A stretch of DNA of 64,000 nucleotides. Origin: Azolla caroliniana. Lineage: Eukaryota > Plantae > Polypodiophyta. The stretch covers positions 8,556,001 through 8,620,000 of the forward strand of contig JBHGNT010000003.1 of the NCBI GenBank assembly GCA_043228905.1. The letters are read 5' to 3'. Positions 23,463 through 36,344 of this stretch are shown piece after piece. The notes under the pieces are model-generated. The model saw only the letters and a program-made list of their open reading frames with translations, did not search any database and was not told where the DNA came from. The number at the start of each line of letters is the position of its first letter. The stretch's first letter is position 1. The position numbers and the translations under genes were made by a program.

Positions 23463-26400
23463 GTGGAGAAGCTCGATAGATCCAACTACGCATCTTGGTC
23501 ATACATGATGCACCAGTACTTGCTTGGGCATGGTTATTGGAGCTATGTCAACGGAGCTAATGACACAACACCTGATGCGGCACACAAGGACTGCCCAGTG
23601 TGGGAACAAGCGACAAGCAGAGTAATGTACTGCTTTGCGTCTAGTGTCGGAGACCAGCTGTTGAGGCATGTCAGAGATGCCGGGACGCCAAAAGAAGCTT
23701 GGGGAAACCTGAAGAAGGTTTTCGCGGCAAGCACTACGGCCCGGAAGCTGCAACTCCGATAGGAGTTGAGCAATGTCCGACAGAAGGACATGTCGGTAGC
23801 TGATTACACAGCCCGAATCAAAGAAATCTGTGACTCACTTGCCTCTATCAACATCACTGTAGAGGAAGATGAGATGGTGCAGATCTATCTTCGGGGCCTA
23901 GCATCTAAGTTCGGAGCGTTTCGAACGACAATATGTACAAGAGAGAATACGCCGTCATTTTTCGACTTACAGTCGATGCTCCTTGTAGAGGAGAATCACG
24001 CCGGTGCATCAACAAGTGCACCCACCGACAGCCGGATGCTGTACACGAAGGTAAATCGGCCCCGTGGGTGTGTTGGACGAGGCGGGTCAGCTCGCAATGG
24101 TAGCGGCTGACAAGATCAGGACCAAAGGCACAGAGAACATGTCGACAACAGTTCCAGACCCTCCACAAGTAGGGGGAGTCAAGGCGGCACTGGAGGCCGT
24201 CAAGCAAAGGCCGACACGGAATGCTGGTACTGTGGTAAAAAGGGCCACAGAGAAAGCAAGTGCTGGAAGAAGTGCGCCGATTCGGACAGATCCGGATCTG
24301 GCAAGGCCGGTAGAGAGAACCGACAATACTCGCACTACGCAAAAGGATCGAGAGGATCCAAAACTGGAAAAGCCAGTAAAGGGTCAGCCTTGGTGATGAA
24401 ACACGAGGCTAACTCGATGAAGAAGACCACTTCCAAATCGGAGGAAGTGTGGTACGTTGATTCCGGTGCATCGAATCACATGATGAGCCACAAAGAGTGG
24501 TTCTCTTTCTTGGAGAAACCGGAACAACCGGGAGTCGTCGAAACCGGATATGACACTCCTCACCCAATCGTGCATGTCGGAGAAGTCCCTTTGAGACATG
24601 TTGGACAGAGGGGGAAGCTGATGAACATATTACATGTTCTGACTATCACGAAGAACCTGGTGTTAATCGGTCAGGTTGTTGACCAGGGGATGCAGGTGCG
24701 GTTTACGCACCTTGTTACCCGGACCCAGACAGTCAGTTTTACCGAACAAGTGGGAAAGCATTGAAAACGGAGTCGGTTCGGATCGACTGTTCGGATCAAT
24801 GACTCAGCAGTAAACGAAGAGAACTAAGTTAGTTAGATAATTTTGTAATTCTTGATAGTAAGTAGGAATAGTTCTTGATGAGAAAAGACCTTCGGTATAC
24901 CTATAAAAGGGAACCGAAGGCATTGTAAGAAAGGTCGTTTTATTTAGTAATATAAGTTTAAGTTAGGAATATCCTGTACGGATTCTGTGTTCTTCCTATT
25001 GTCTATGTTGTTAAGAGCAAGCTTCCTAATTTATAACTAAGTAACGATCACGGTAATTACCGATTAATATAGTATAATTCCGTTCGTAAAACACAATTCC
25101 TTGTTAGAACGTTGAGTAGCGACGTTCACTCTTCTGTATCGGTAGTAGTTAGTAATTAGCCGATTAACACACCTTGGATGCTTCATTGAGGAAGAGGGTC
25201 AGATTATTGCGCAAGGGCGTGGAGACGGGAGGATGTTCATCCTCGACACCAATGACGTCCGCACCTCTTTGTTCGCCAAAGGACAGAAGATTGAATCAGA
25301 CATCGATCTCTGGCACAAGCGGATCGGCCACGTCAATTACCGGAGGCTTCAAGACTTGCAAACGAAACAAGTTAAATGCGGTTTGCTGAAGTTTAGTGGC
25401 CGGAAGGCCCAAATATGTGAAGCCTGCCAACTCAGGAAGCAACACCGGCTTCCATTCCCCACCGAATGAAACCGGAGCCGCAACAAGCTCGATCTAATCC
25501 ATTCAGATGTATGGGGACCAGCACAAAACGTTAGTCTTGGCGGGAGTCGATACTTCGTCTCCTTCATTGACGACTATAGCCGGCACACATGGATCTACCT
25601 CATTGAGCGGAAGAGTGAACTCTTCGAGTGTTTCCAAAACCTGCAAAGTCTGGTTGAACGGGAAATAGAGAGGAAGATCAAGTGCTTGCGGTCGGATGGC
25701 GAGAAAGAAGACTTTCCGGGCAATTCAAGAGTTATCTGCAGCAGAATGGAATTCGGAGAGAATTCAACTGTAGGTACACACCGGAGCAAAACGGTGTGGT
25801 TGAAAGGAAGAACCGGTCGATTGTCAACGTGGCAAGGGCAATGCTGGAGGAGAAGAGCATGCCCCATTTTTACTGGGCTGAGGCGGTCCAGACGACCGTC
25901 TACATCCAAAATTGGATCGGTGACAAGGTGTCCGCGCATGAGTTGTATTTCGGGCGTAAGCCGAATTTGAGACACCTTTGGATATTCGATAGCATTGCAT
26001 ATGTGCATGTGCCGGATGTGAAGCGGAGGAAGTTGGATGCAAAGTCGGAGAAATTTTTCTTGGTTAGTTACTCGCATGAGCAAAAGGGGTATAAGTGTTA
26101 TAACCCTCGGATGAAGCAGGTCTGAGTTAGCCGGGATGTTGAATTTGATGAGACGACATCATGGTATGCCTTACCGGCTCCGACTTCCGACCCCGACCCG
26201 ATACCGGAGGATGGGGCTAGTGAGCCTGAACCGGTCCAGTTAGAAGATGAAGAGTTCGAGACTCTAGATGTGAGTCTGGAATCATTTCGGTTGAGTGGGC
26301 GAAACGAGCGACTGGGTCAGACAGACCAATTGGAAGATGAACTGGTGAGTAGTGGAAACTCTGTCATGTTTCCCCCACGCAAGGAACCGAGGAGATGGTT

Positions 26401-28806
26401 CACGCACAATGAGAAGGGGAAGAAGAAGATGTCGAGATACGAAACTGGCAAGGTTGAGTCGGATCGGAGCGAATTCGACTCCGGAAAGGATGAAGGCAAA
26501 TATTTGGGAACGAAGTCCGACTTGGCCAAGAAGGGCCCCAAACCGGGTAATACCAAGTTACGCCGGTCTTCCTGCGTGAAGAACCCTGTTACGCGGTACG
26601 GGTACAATGAGTATATGGCGCATCATTATGCGTACATGACCAAGGTGGCGGAAGTGCATGAGCCGAAGAGCTATGCAGAAGCGGCAAAGGACGCAAATTG
26701 ACGTGCTGCTATGGAGGAAGAAATGCGGGCACTTGATGCCAACGACACATGGGACCTAATTGACCCTCCCCGACACTATAAACCGATCTGATGTAAGTGG
26801 GTGTACAAGATAAAGTACAATGTCAACGGTTTGGTTAATCGGTACAAGGCTCGGTTAGTGGCGAAGGGATACATGCAGACCCACAGAATCGATTACGATG
26901 AGACCTTCGCTCCGGTAGCGAAGATGACGACGATTCATGTGGTGCTGGCGGTTGCTGCGGCAAGGGGGTGACATCTTCACCAAATGGACGTGAAGAATGC
27001 ATTTCTACAAGGCAATCTTGAAGAAGAGGTCTTTTTGACCCAACCCCCCTGGTTTCCAGTGGGAGATGAACAAGTCGGCGGTATGCCGGTTGAAGAAGTC
27101 ACTTTATGGCCTGAAGCAAGCCCCCGAGCTTGGAATGCGAAGATCATGCACCGGTTGAGTAAGATGGGGTTTGCCGCCTCCAAGTCTGACTCTTCGTTGT
27201 TCATCTGGCAAGGTCCGGACGGTCCGGTTTGCATCCTGTTGTATGTTGATGATCTAGTCATCACCGGACCCGGACTCGATGAAATCAGCCGAGTCAAGTC
27301 CCAACTGTCGGAAGCATTTGAGATGAAGGACCTGGGGGACCTTCACTATTTCCTTGGGATCAAGGTGATCCGAACCCCCGACGGCATATTGCTCTCTCAA
27401 AGACACTATGTGTTGAATATGCTATATGAATTCGGCATGACGGAATGCCGACCGATCTCCACACCCCTGGACCAGAACCAGAAGCTCCGTCCCAACACTA
27501 GACCGACCTGCGATGAGAAACAGTTCCGACAAATTGTTGGAAGCCTTATATATTTGACAATCACCCGACCCGACATCAGTTATCCAGTTGGAGTGATCAG
27601 CCAATTCATGTAGAAGCCAACCGTGGAACACCTTCAGTGCACGCATTGGATATTGCGATATGTGAGCGGCACGAAGGACCGGGGACTGTTATACCGGCAT
27701 GCTATAACCGAAGAGCTACTCGGCTACACCGATGCCGACTGGGCCGGTGATGCATCGGATCCCGATCCACCTCCGGCTATATGTTTTCCCTTGGTAGCGT
27801 GGCTGTTGCGTGGAGCAGCAAAAAGCAGCCAACAGTGGCCCTTCCGAGCACTGAGCCTGAATACCGAGGCGCTACTGTTGCCTGTTGTGAAGCCATTTGG
27901 CTTCGGCGATTGCTACAAGACTTGCGGATCGAGGTGCCGACCCCGATCCTGATCTAATGTGACAACATAAGCAGCATGCAGCTTGCCAAGAGCCTTGTAT
28001 TCCATGCTCGCACAAAGCACATAGAAGTGCACTACCACTTCATGCATGAGCGTGTCCTGAGCGGTGAAGTCAAACTTCGGTATGTTCATACGGATTGGCA
28101 AGTTGCCGACATCTTCACCAAACCGCTCGGATCGGACAAGTTGCTGCACTTCACCGAAATGCTTGGTGTTCAACATCTTGACATGCCACACTTGAGGGGG
28201 AGAATGGGAAAAGACATCGGAACGGGCAAAGGCAAAGAAACTGCCAATTGCGCCGGTGAGGGAAGAACCTACAAAGGGAGAGACAAGAAGAAGAAAGAAG
28301 CCGAGTCGACAAAGGAAGTTGACACATTCGAACAAGTCGACAGTGGCGGCAGAGTCAAGAAGGACAGAGGCGACCGGAAGAAGAAGGCCAAGACCTGGAC
28401 ATGGTTCGATGTGGTGAAGGGCCTGGAACTAGAAGACGAATCGGGAGCGACCGATTCGGACAAGAGCTGGAACGAATCAGAAACAGCCGATTCGGAAGAA
28501 CCAGATCAATTCAAGGCCAAGAGGACGAGAAGGCAGCGAAAGTCGACGCTAACACGAAGGAATCGGCGAATCGGCAAGCGTCGAAGTCACAAAAGCGAGG
28601 GACCTAAATTGGGCATGTTGAGCAGACAAGCCGACCGAGGAGGTCGAGGTGCGCAGAATCAGAAGGGTCGCAACAAACGGGACCGGACCGGATGAGGAGC
28701 GTGAGCGAGGCGGAGTGATGCCAAAAGGAGCGGGGTAGAAGGACCGGCTGCCATGGAGACTGACACTACGATCCGACCTCAAGTTGAGCTTGAGGGGGAG
28801 TGTTGA
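23463..28806 (+). pseudogene. Element D gag-pol (gag, PR, INT, RT, RNase H and a C-terminal extension)
   Basis: EKLDRSNY..; WYVDSGASNH; LWHKRIGH..CEAC; PEQNGVVERKNR; [15 protein letters not shown]; HARTKHIEVHYHF. Confidence 0.9.
24713..25169. mobile_element. Solo LTR (457 bp) of a family not otherwise present in the window
   Basis: TGTTA...TAACA termini; TSD CACCT (24708-24712 / 25170-25174); removal restores RFTHLGCFIE in D; CCTATAAAAGGG TATA-like box near 24900. Confidence 0.9.
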
Positions 28807-29052
28807 GTGGCAAGCTCAATCGGATCTGGATTGGCATCCGAAAGGAGAGCTGGATCGGTGAGCAAGTGAGCCGGTGAGCTGGGGAGCCGGTTAGCTGGAT
28901 CCAGCAATAACCGGAAGCCTAGTAGCAACCTAGACTACTAGGTAGTTAATATCAGACGCTCGTGTGAGCATTGAAGTACACCATAATTCCGTCAGTCCTC
29001 TTAGGACTTGTATAAATAGTGTTGTCGAGCACGTAATATGTACAGGGAATAT

Positions 29053-29795
29053 CTAGGTATGCCTTGAGAAGTCATCAATGAATATCACATAGTACCAACA
29101 ACCACCAAATGTTGTCGTTTGGGTTGGTCCCCATATATCTGAATGTATTACATCCAGGATTCCTTTGCTCACATTCCTCTCTTTTGGGAATAGTTGACGA
29201 TGTTGTTTGCCATATTGGCAGGCTTCGCATGCACTTATAATCTCCTTCTCGGTAAAGGTCGGGAGTTTGATGATGACTCCTTTCGATTGCATTCCTTTGA
29301 GCTTCTGGAGATTAACGAGGCCAATTCTTTTGTGTCATAGCTCTATGTCGGCATCGACGTTATGGCCCTTGGCAAACATTGCCGATTTCATTTCGTGAGA
29401 ATTGAGGATGAACATTCGGCCTACTCTTCATCCGCGAGCAATAATTCAGCCTTCCTTTTCGATTAAGCACCCTTTGTCATTGAAGCGAACTTGCATGCCC
29501 TGATCAACAATCTAGTCAATCGAGACCAAAGTCTTCATTATCGTTGGAACATGCAAGACGTTCTTGATGTAGGTTTGGTTGCCCTCTTCTCCGAAGGGAC
29601 ATTATTGACATGCTTAATGGGGTGAATTGTGTCATCCCCTATTTCCACATAACCGGGTCGTTCGGGCTTTCGTAGTTCTCAAAACCAATATTCATGAGAC
29701 TCATGTGATTGGATGCACCTGAGTCGACAAACCATACATTTTTTTACACTCTGCCTCATAGTGGCCGCATTCGCCCTAGTATCCACATTGGACGG
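29053..29795 (-). pseudogene. Ty1/Copia fragment (protease, GAG-pre-integrase, integrase start)
   Basis: CEACQYGKQHR..DVIHSDIWGP..FIDDFSR; WFVDSGASNH-like motif near 29700-29740. Confidence 0.8.
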
Positions 29796-32700
29796 TGTCG
29801 TGAAAATCCGTCACTATGTGCGGATCGTGAGGTGGAACCGCTGGGGTTCTGGACCAGAAGGATTCGAAGTTTGTACTAGCTTTAGCGAGAAAGTATTTAA
29901 GATAGATTGAGAGAGATTGGTATGGAGAGAGAGAGATTGAGATAAAGATTAAACGCTTAACTTTAGATTTGAGAGACAAGATACATCACCATTAGGATAA
30001 TTTGATTTATTATTATTCGTTTCTTCCCAATTTCTTCATTAGTCCCATCTTGCTTGACCTCCATTCTTTTACAGATCCCCCCATGCATATGATGCATGGG
30101 AGGGTGCAAGACATGCATGTAACGCATGAAATGCATGCGATGCATGTTTGCCATGTCACTTATCCAAGCTCTCATGTATGAGATTTTACATATGAAAACT
30201 ACAATGATAAAAATATAATTTTAAAGTCATGACTTAGCTTAGTGGTAAGTCATGTGGCTCTTATGTAGGAGGTGCAAGGTTCAAATTTTTACTTACACCC
30301 CCTATAAATACAAAATTTTACTAGGCTTTCATCTTGTATTTACAAATGTTTAATTGCATATTACATCTTCAGTTGACCTCCAATGAACCGATGGAACTGT
30401 TAGACAATTTTGTTTGTTTCACACTGAAAAATCTTCAAGACACTGTCCGTCGCGATCAACCTATTCAACTGACCTGACCGATCCGTCTGTCTGGTCCCGA
30501 CCGGTTCGATCTGCATTCCGGTTCTGGTTCCGTTGCCGTCCGTTCAGGTCCGGTTCTCCAAAACCATTTTGAGCAACTTGGCCACATCCATTCATTCAAG
30601 TTATACAACCCAACCTTTTTGTGCTTGTAACACATAGATAAAATATAAAGAGATATGGCCCTACTTATATACTCTTGAATCTTGATGGTGTCATATCTAT
30701 GTGGGATATCTCACCGTTTTGTTTTCCTCTTCTTCTTCTCAAACTTCACACTCACATAACATAACACTAAATTGTCCGTTTCACATGTAGTAAAATGCAT
30801 TCAGAAGCTCTTGAAGATATCCATCTTTTTGTACCAAGATATTAAACTAATATAAAATAGTATCTTCACTATTATTGTTTCATATTGTGTGTGAAGAACC
30901 ACACTCGATTTTGTATGTTCCTCGCAATTTTCACACCATTGTCGAAAATCTTCACGACATCCACCCCCACCAAACCACACGTCCTCTGGTACGTGCCACG
31001 AAGAGAGAGTGTGAGATTTTAGCTACGGTGATCAATCAAATTCTCCATGTCCTCGTTCACATAACTCAAGTATGTAGGTTCGAGGTCAAGATCCTCATCT
31101 TGTCTTTTCTTGAAAATCTTTACTCTTTTTCCCGCAATAGGTATGGCCAACCTTGATCCGTCTAGCTCCGCAAGGTGGTATGTGGCATTGTCGTTGGGAC
31201 TTGTCACCACATATGGTCTGAACCATCTTCTTGCAAACTTTCTTGTTGTCCTGTGTTGATTGTCAAGGCTGTTGTCGTAGACCAATACCCAATCTCCTTC
31301 TTCGATCTTCTTGGGACACAGTTGATGTGTCTTGTTGAACCGAATCTTGTTCTTCACTCGGGATGCCTCCATCATCTTTCACGCTTTTTCTAAATCTTCA
31401 GGTCTTCTTTCAAGCTGCCTTATCCATGCTGCTAATAATTCTTCTTGGCTCATCTCGTTCTCCCATAGTATCGCGACCCATGAGGTGATCGTCCTTTCGA
31501 TGGGCATTACCGGTTTCTGTCCATACATAATCTCTGTTGGCATATACCATTTCACTGAACTGTGTGTAGTTCTGTCGGCCCACAAGGCATAGGGCAATAG
31601 TCGTGGCCAGTTCCCGACTCGACCGTTGCATGCTCGTACGATGGCTTTGACGATTGGTCCATGCCCTCGCTAGATCTTCCCATTTGCTTCTGTATTGTAG
31701 GTAGTCATAAGGGAGAGCTTCACGCCTAGTCGTTCGAAGAGCTCCGTTGCTTCGTGTGCATCCAACTCCCCTCGGTAGGCCACTATCTTTCCCACACATC
31801 CGTATCGGCAAACAACCTCTTCGAGTAGAAATTTGCAAACAGCTGACGTCATCTTATTTGTCAAGGCCCGTCCTTCCACTTGATTTGTTAAGTCTTCTCT
31901 TGCCAGAACTAAGTACTTCATTTGTCCCACTCCCATTGGCATTGAGACCAGATCCACCATCCATTTGAAGTGTATGGTGAGTGGGTATGTCGGATGCAAC
32001 TCATCACGATGATGTATGCTCAAATGTACTTGGCAAGTTTCGCATGTGGACACGAAATGGAGTACATCTTTGTACATACTTGGTCACCAGTACTTCTCCT
32101 TCAACTTTTCGAACGTCGCCCATGTTCCTCTATGACCTGCCCAAGGACTCTCGTGGAATTCAGTCATTAGCGTCACGTGCTCTTCTTTCTTCACCACCAC
32201 TCGACATGGCATTCCTGTCCTTCTTTCTGGGTGTCGCCAGAGGAATCCTCCCATTAGGAAGTATTGGTAAGCTTTCTTCCAAACTCGTAGAGCCTCCTCC
32301 TTCGACAACGAAGCATCCACCATCATTGTTCTTAAGGATCTGCCGATCAGTAACCACTCTCCTTCGTACTCGTCCTCGTTGAAGGCGTGGAATGTTAGCG
32401 TGCCCTTCTCTTCCACCAATAGTAGATCCATCTTGAAGAAGTCAAGGGTGACGTCTTCATCTTCCGAAACCATGTCACTTTCATTCTCAAATCTCGCCCT
32501 CGACATCATGTCAGCCATGGCGTTCTTCTTTCCTGCAATGTGGTGGATCTCTGGGTTTAAAGACTTGATATCGGCGATCCACCTTAGCATTGCTAGATCT
32601 GGTCTCGCACATCCTGAGATCATCCCGAGGATTGGGAGACAATCTGTCTCAATTATCACTTCCAACCCGATCAGGTAGTCTTTGTCCATCTTCACTGCAG

Positions 32701-35550
32701 ACACAATACCCCAAAGTTTCCACTTGACTTCGGCGTATATTTGTTGTTGTTCGTTGAGAACCTTTGCTCCGAACCGGATGACATACCTCACATTATCTTC
32801 TCCTTCTTGGTTGATGACCCATATGTTTCCGGTTGGGCTCGTATCTACAGTCACATAAATCGGCTTCCCTTCACTATAGTTGGCCTTTCTTAGTGTTGGA
32901 GCTTCAAGAAGTAGTTTCTTCAATCTTTGCATCGCGTTTGTATGCTTGTCTCGCCATTCGAACTTCATTCTTTTCTTTAACAATCCATATAATGGCTCGA
33001 CAACATGAGCGTAGTGCGGAATCTAGATATGATAAAACACGCATGCTCCAAGGAACCTTCGAACCTCCATTTGGGTTACGCATTCTTCTTTCATGTCCTG
33101 GATCGCGTTCACCTTGGATGGCGAAGGCTTCCGGCCGTATGCTCCACACAAGTGACCTACCACCAAGATCTCTGGTTGCCCGAATGTGGATTTTTCTTCT
33201 GAAAATGTCAAATTTGCATCTTCGAGCCTTTGGAGCACTTTCTCGCAATCTTTCATATGATCCACAACGAACGTTCTACACCCTTCCTTATCTTTCGATT
33301 CATCCTTCTCTTCATCCGAACATCCTTTTATCCGAATATCATCCAAGAATGGCATCGTGATGCCCGAGATGCAATCCTTGAAGACCTTGTTCATAGCATT
33401 CACTATATGAGCCACTGAGTTCGTTGCACCTTGAGGTAAGGTACACATCCGCACAAGCCCGATCAAAGTCCTCATGGTTGTAATGTCACGACTGTCGATC
33501 ACCAATTGGAATTGATCGTATCCAAAGTAGAGATCGCCAATGGAGTAGATGGACCGGCCCGCAAATGCTTCGGCAAATTCATCCACAGTCGGACCGATTC
33601 CAACATTCTGAATTGTCACCTTGTTGACGTGTTGAAGATCTTGGATGAATTGCAATGATCCACTCTTCTTCGGCACCGTGAACCACCTATTTGAATAAGG
33701 AGCATTCGATGGTTCCAAAATCCCCGTTTTCACCTTCTCCTTTAAGAGCTCGATTAGCTTCGGTAGGTGTGCTCTCGGAACCGGTATTGGCTTGAGGTTC
33801 CAAGGTACATGAGGCACCGTAAATATCACCATCGGCTCTATAATCTTTGGGTTGGCACATCCGATCTATTGAGGGAAAAATGTGAAAGCCTTCCCAGGTC
33901 TTTCAAGCATTCTGCGGAACATTCACTCCTCTTCAGGGAGGAGGAAATCCTCCCTTCCAACTTGTAGGTTTCCTTTCGTCTCTTCGGTGAAGACATGAGC
34001 TACTGCCTTTGGATCCCTTAAGCTTGGATCATTAGCGACTTCCTTCATCTTTTGCCATCTATCTTCCGGTAGCGGAACCGCAACTAGCTTGATCTTCCTA
34101 TCCACCGTTTTATATTTTGTGTTGACTTGAGCTTCCTCCATCAAGATGCGTCGATGGTATTCATTGATGATAGCGTACATGTTGACGGAGTTAACTGAAA
34201 TCACGTGTTGATCGTGAAGATAGCTCAAGTTCACGACTTCCTTGATTTCGCCGATGGTTTCCTTAAATGAGGCTTGTTCCATAATATGAGTCACGAATTC
34301 TTCTTCTTCTATTATGTTCTCTTCTTTCAACATCTTCTTGAAGTCTTGTATCCGACACTTGTCCTTCTTGTTGAGTAGTACTAGTTTACATGCGCCACTA
34401 GGTGTGACACATGTTACTTCTCCTTGTAATCCACACGCTCTACTTTCTTGTGGGGACTTGTGATTGCTCAGACTATTTGTGCCCCATTCTTCAATAGTCC
34501 GCTCTAAAAATCTGAGGATTTGCCTCGAAGGCTATCTCGATTTCTTTCATGATTAGCTCGCACCGTTAGGAATTGAACAAATCTTTGACTATCAAGACTC
34601 TTGATTCACATGAAGCCTGCTCCATTGTCGAACACCTTAGTCTCCATCCAGGATGATGTGATATACGGTTGTCCTAAGATGACAGGATGCGAAGCCGATT
34701 CTTGCACGAAGAAGTGTTGATCCATCTCCACATCCCCAATCGTGACTTTAACATTGGGACAAGCTCCGTACAAGTCCTTTGTGGTCTTTGTTGCCGCTCG
34801 AATCTTCCATCCATGGTTTGTGTTAATTGGTCATCTCCCGTTTTGTAGAACTCGGTCGCCATGAGGTTGATCTCTGAGCCATGGTCGATCAAGGCTACCA
34901 TGGTCTCTTTCTTCTCCCCGATCTTCACCGGCGTCTCTGTTGTCGCTTGTGCCCAATGAGGTCGAGTATAGTGGCTTTCCATCATATCTTCATCGACTTC
35001 GTCCCTTGCCATCATTATGGCATTTGTTTTTACTTTTAATGGTTTCTCTTCTTCCTCGTCCGACTGTTGCCTTTTTCTCTTCACAAGGTCCATGATCATA
35101 TCATGGAACTCCTTCTTCATAATTCCAAGCAATTCCCTCAAGGACAAGGTCACGTGGCTATCAAGAACACATTCCTTGAGAATCTTCTTTAGATCTGTCG
35201 TCTGCTCTATTTTCGACCTTAGCTTATAGGTAGGCATAGTTCTTGTCTTCCAAGCGGGGTCTTCGACACCAACCTTCATGGGCCGTACCGTTTCTTCGAC
35301 TCGTTTGCTCGACTCCCCTTTCCGGTTTGAGTCTCCTTCCTCCGTTTGTAAATCTTGACTCGTTTCTGCATCGTCTTTCTTTTTCGCGCTCCTTGTTTCA
35401 TGTCTTTTCGATGGGTTGTCTTGCCCTTCCATTCTTTTTCTCTTTTCATCCACGAACACCTCGTGGTTGTCACACATCACTTCCGCGAGTATGGTGTTGT
35501 CATCCACTAGATCCGACCATCCGGTTATACTTTGCACATTTCGGTCCGCA
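29796..35550 (-). mobile_element. Element E: 5'-truncated Trp-family Ty3/Gypsy (same family as K)
   Basis: 3' LTR 29796-30959 (TGTCG...CGACA); PPT GGTGGGGGTGGA; degenerate ORFs 34674..35642, 33923..34333, 33023..33832, 32084..32983, 31670..32077 and 31019..31375 homologous to B. Confidence 0.9.
30231..30300 (+). other. tRNA-like A-box/B-box module inside LTR E (also in C, the C-family solo LTR, K and G)
   Basis: TAGCTTAGTGGTAA ... GGTTCAAAT with tRNA-like spacing. Confidence 0.6.
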
Positions 35551-36344
35551 TTCTCGGTATGGTTTTTGGATGCGTGACTCCTGACTTGGCGATGTTTAGG
35601 TGTATCGCGTACATCAAGTCCTTGAATCCGTTGATATGGCACATCTCCAGAAAAGACAACGCCATGGCCGATATGCTTTTGAGAGCACGGTTTGACAACG
35701 AGGACTGCATGGTGTCGGAAGACGAAGAAGTCGGCGTAGACTTCTTCGAGTTAGATCGAATGTCGGCAAATGGACGAAGCACTCCAGCCCTTAACGAGTT
35801 CAATGAGAATGACTACGATGAGGAGTGGCTGCAAATCGGGAGGTTCCTGAGCACAATGGTGCTGGATGCGACCTGGACGAAGGAAGAAGCAAGTCGGATC
35901 AGGAAGAAGTCTTACCGGTTTTTCCTACGACACAGGAAGATCTGGCGGTATCCGAAGAAGAGGTGGATGACACACTGCTCTGGGTGGTGATGAAGAAGGA
36001 TGAACAATCGGTGCTCTTGTCAGAGTTCCACGAGAGTCCCTAGACCGAACACCAGGGAACGTGGGCCACATTTGAAAAATTGAAGGAAAGGTATTGGTGA
36101 CTAGAAATGTACAAGGGCGTGCACCATTTCGTAAGGACATGCGAGAGTTGTCAAGTGCATTCCAGAGTTTGGTACTGGCACGAGATGCACCTGACCTACC
36201 CGCCAACCATTCACTTTAAATGGATGGTCAACCTGGTGACGATGTTGATGGGGGGTGGGGCAGATGAGGTACATGGTGCTCGCAAGAGAACACATGGCGA
36301 ACCAAGTGGAGGGCCAGGCCTTAACGAAGAAGACGATTGCCGCA
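35550..36344 (+). pseudogene. Trp-family Gypsy RNase H / integrase fragment
   Basis: PDLAMFRCIAYIKSLNP..NAMADMLLRAR; CESCQVH..YPPTIHFKWMV. Confidence 0.85.

Larger units (their letters stand above)
18916..29050 (+). mobile_element. Element D: degenerate Ty1/Copia; 5' LTR split by element C, solo LTR inserted in pol, 3' LTR truncated
   Basis: 5' LTR 18916-19013 plus 22990-23340; iMet PBS TGGTATCAGAG at 23341; PPT GAGGGGGAG ending at 28800; 3' LTR from 28801, breaking near 29050. Confidence 0.9.

Noticed and set aside
18916-29050. Assigning D/H/J/L to the centromeric Bryco/RLC5 clade
   Set aside because: Cannot be established without an RT phylogeny; left as unassigned Copia
30231-30300. Calling the tRNA-like LTR modules true tRNA genes
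   Set aside because: No acceptor stem, non-canonical anticodon loop and degenerate B box; reported only as tRNA-like modules
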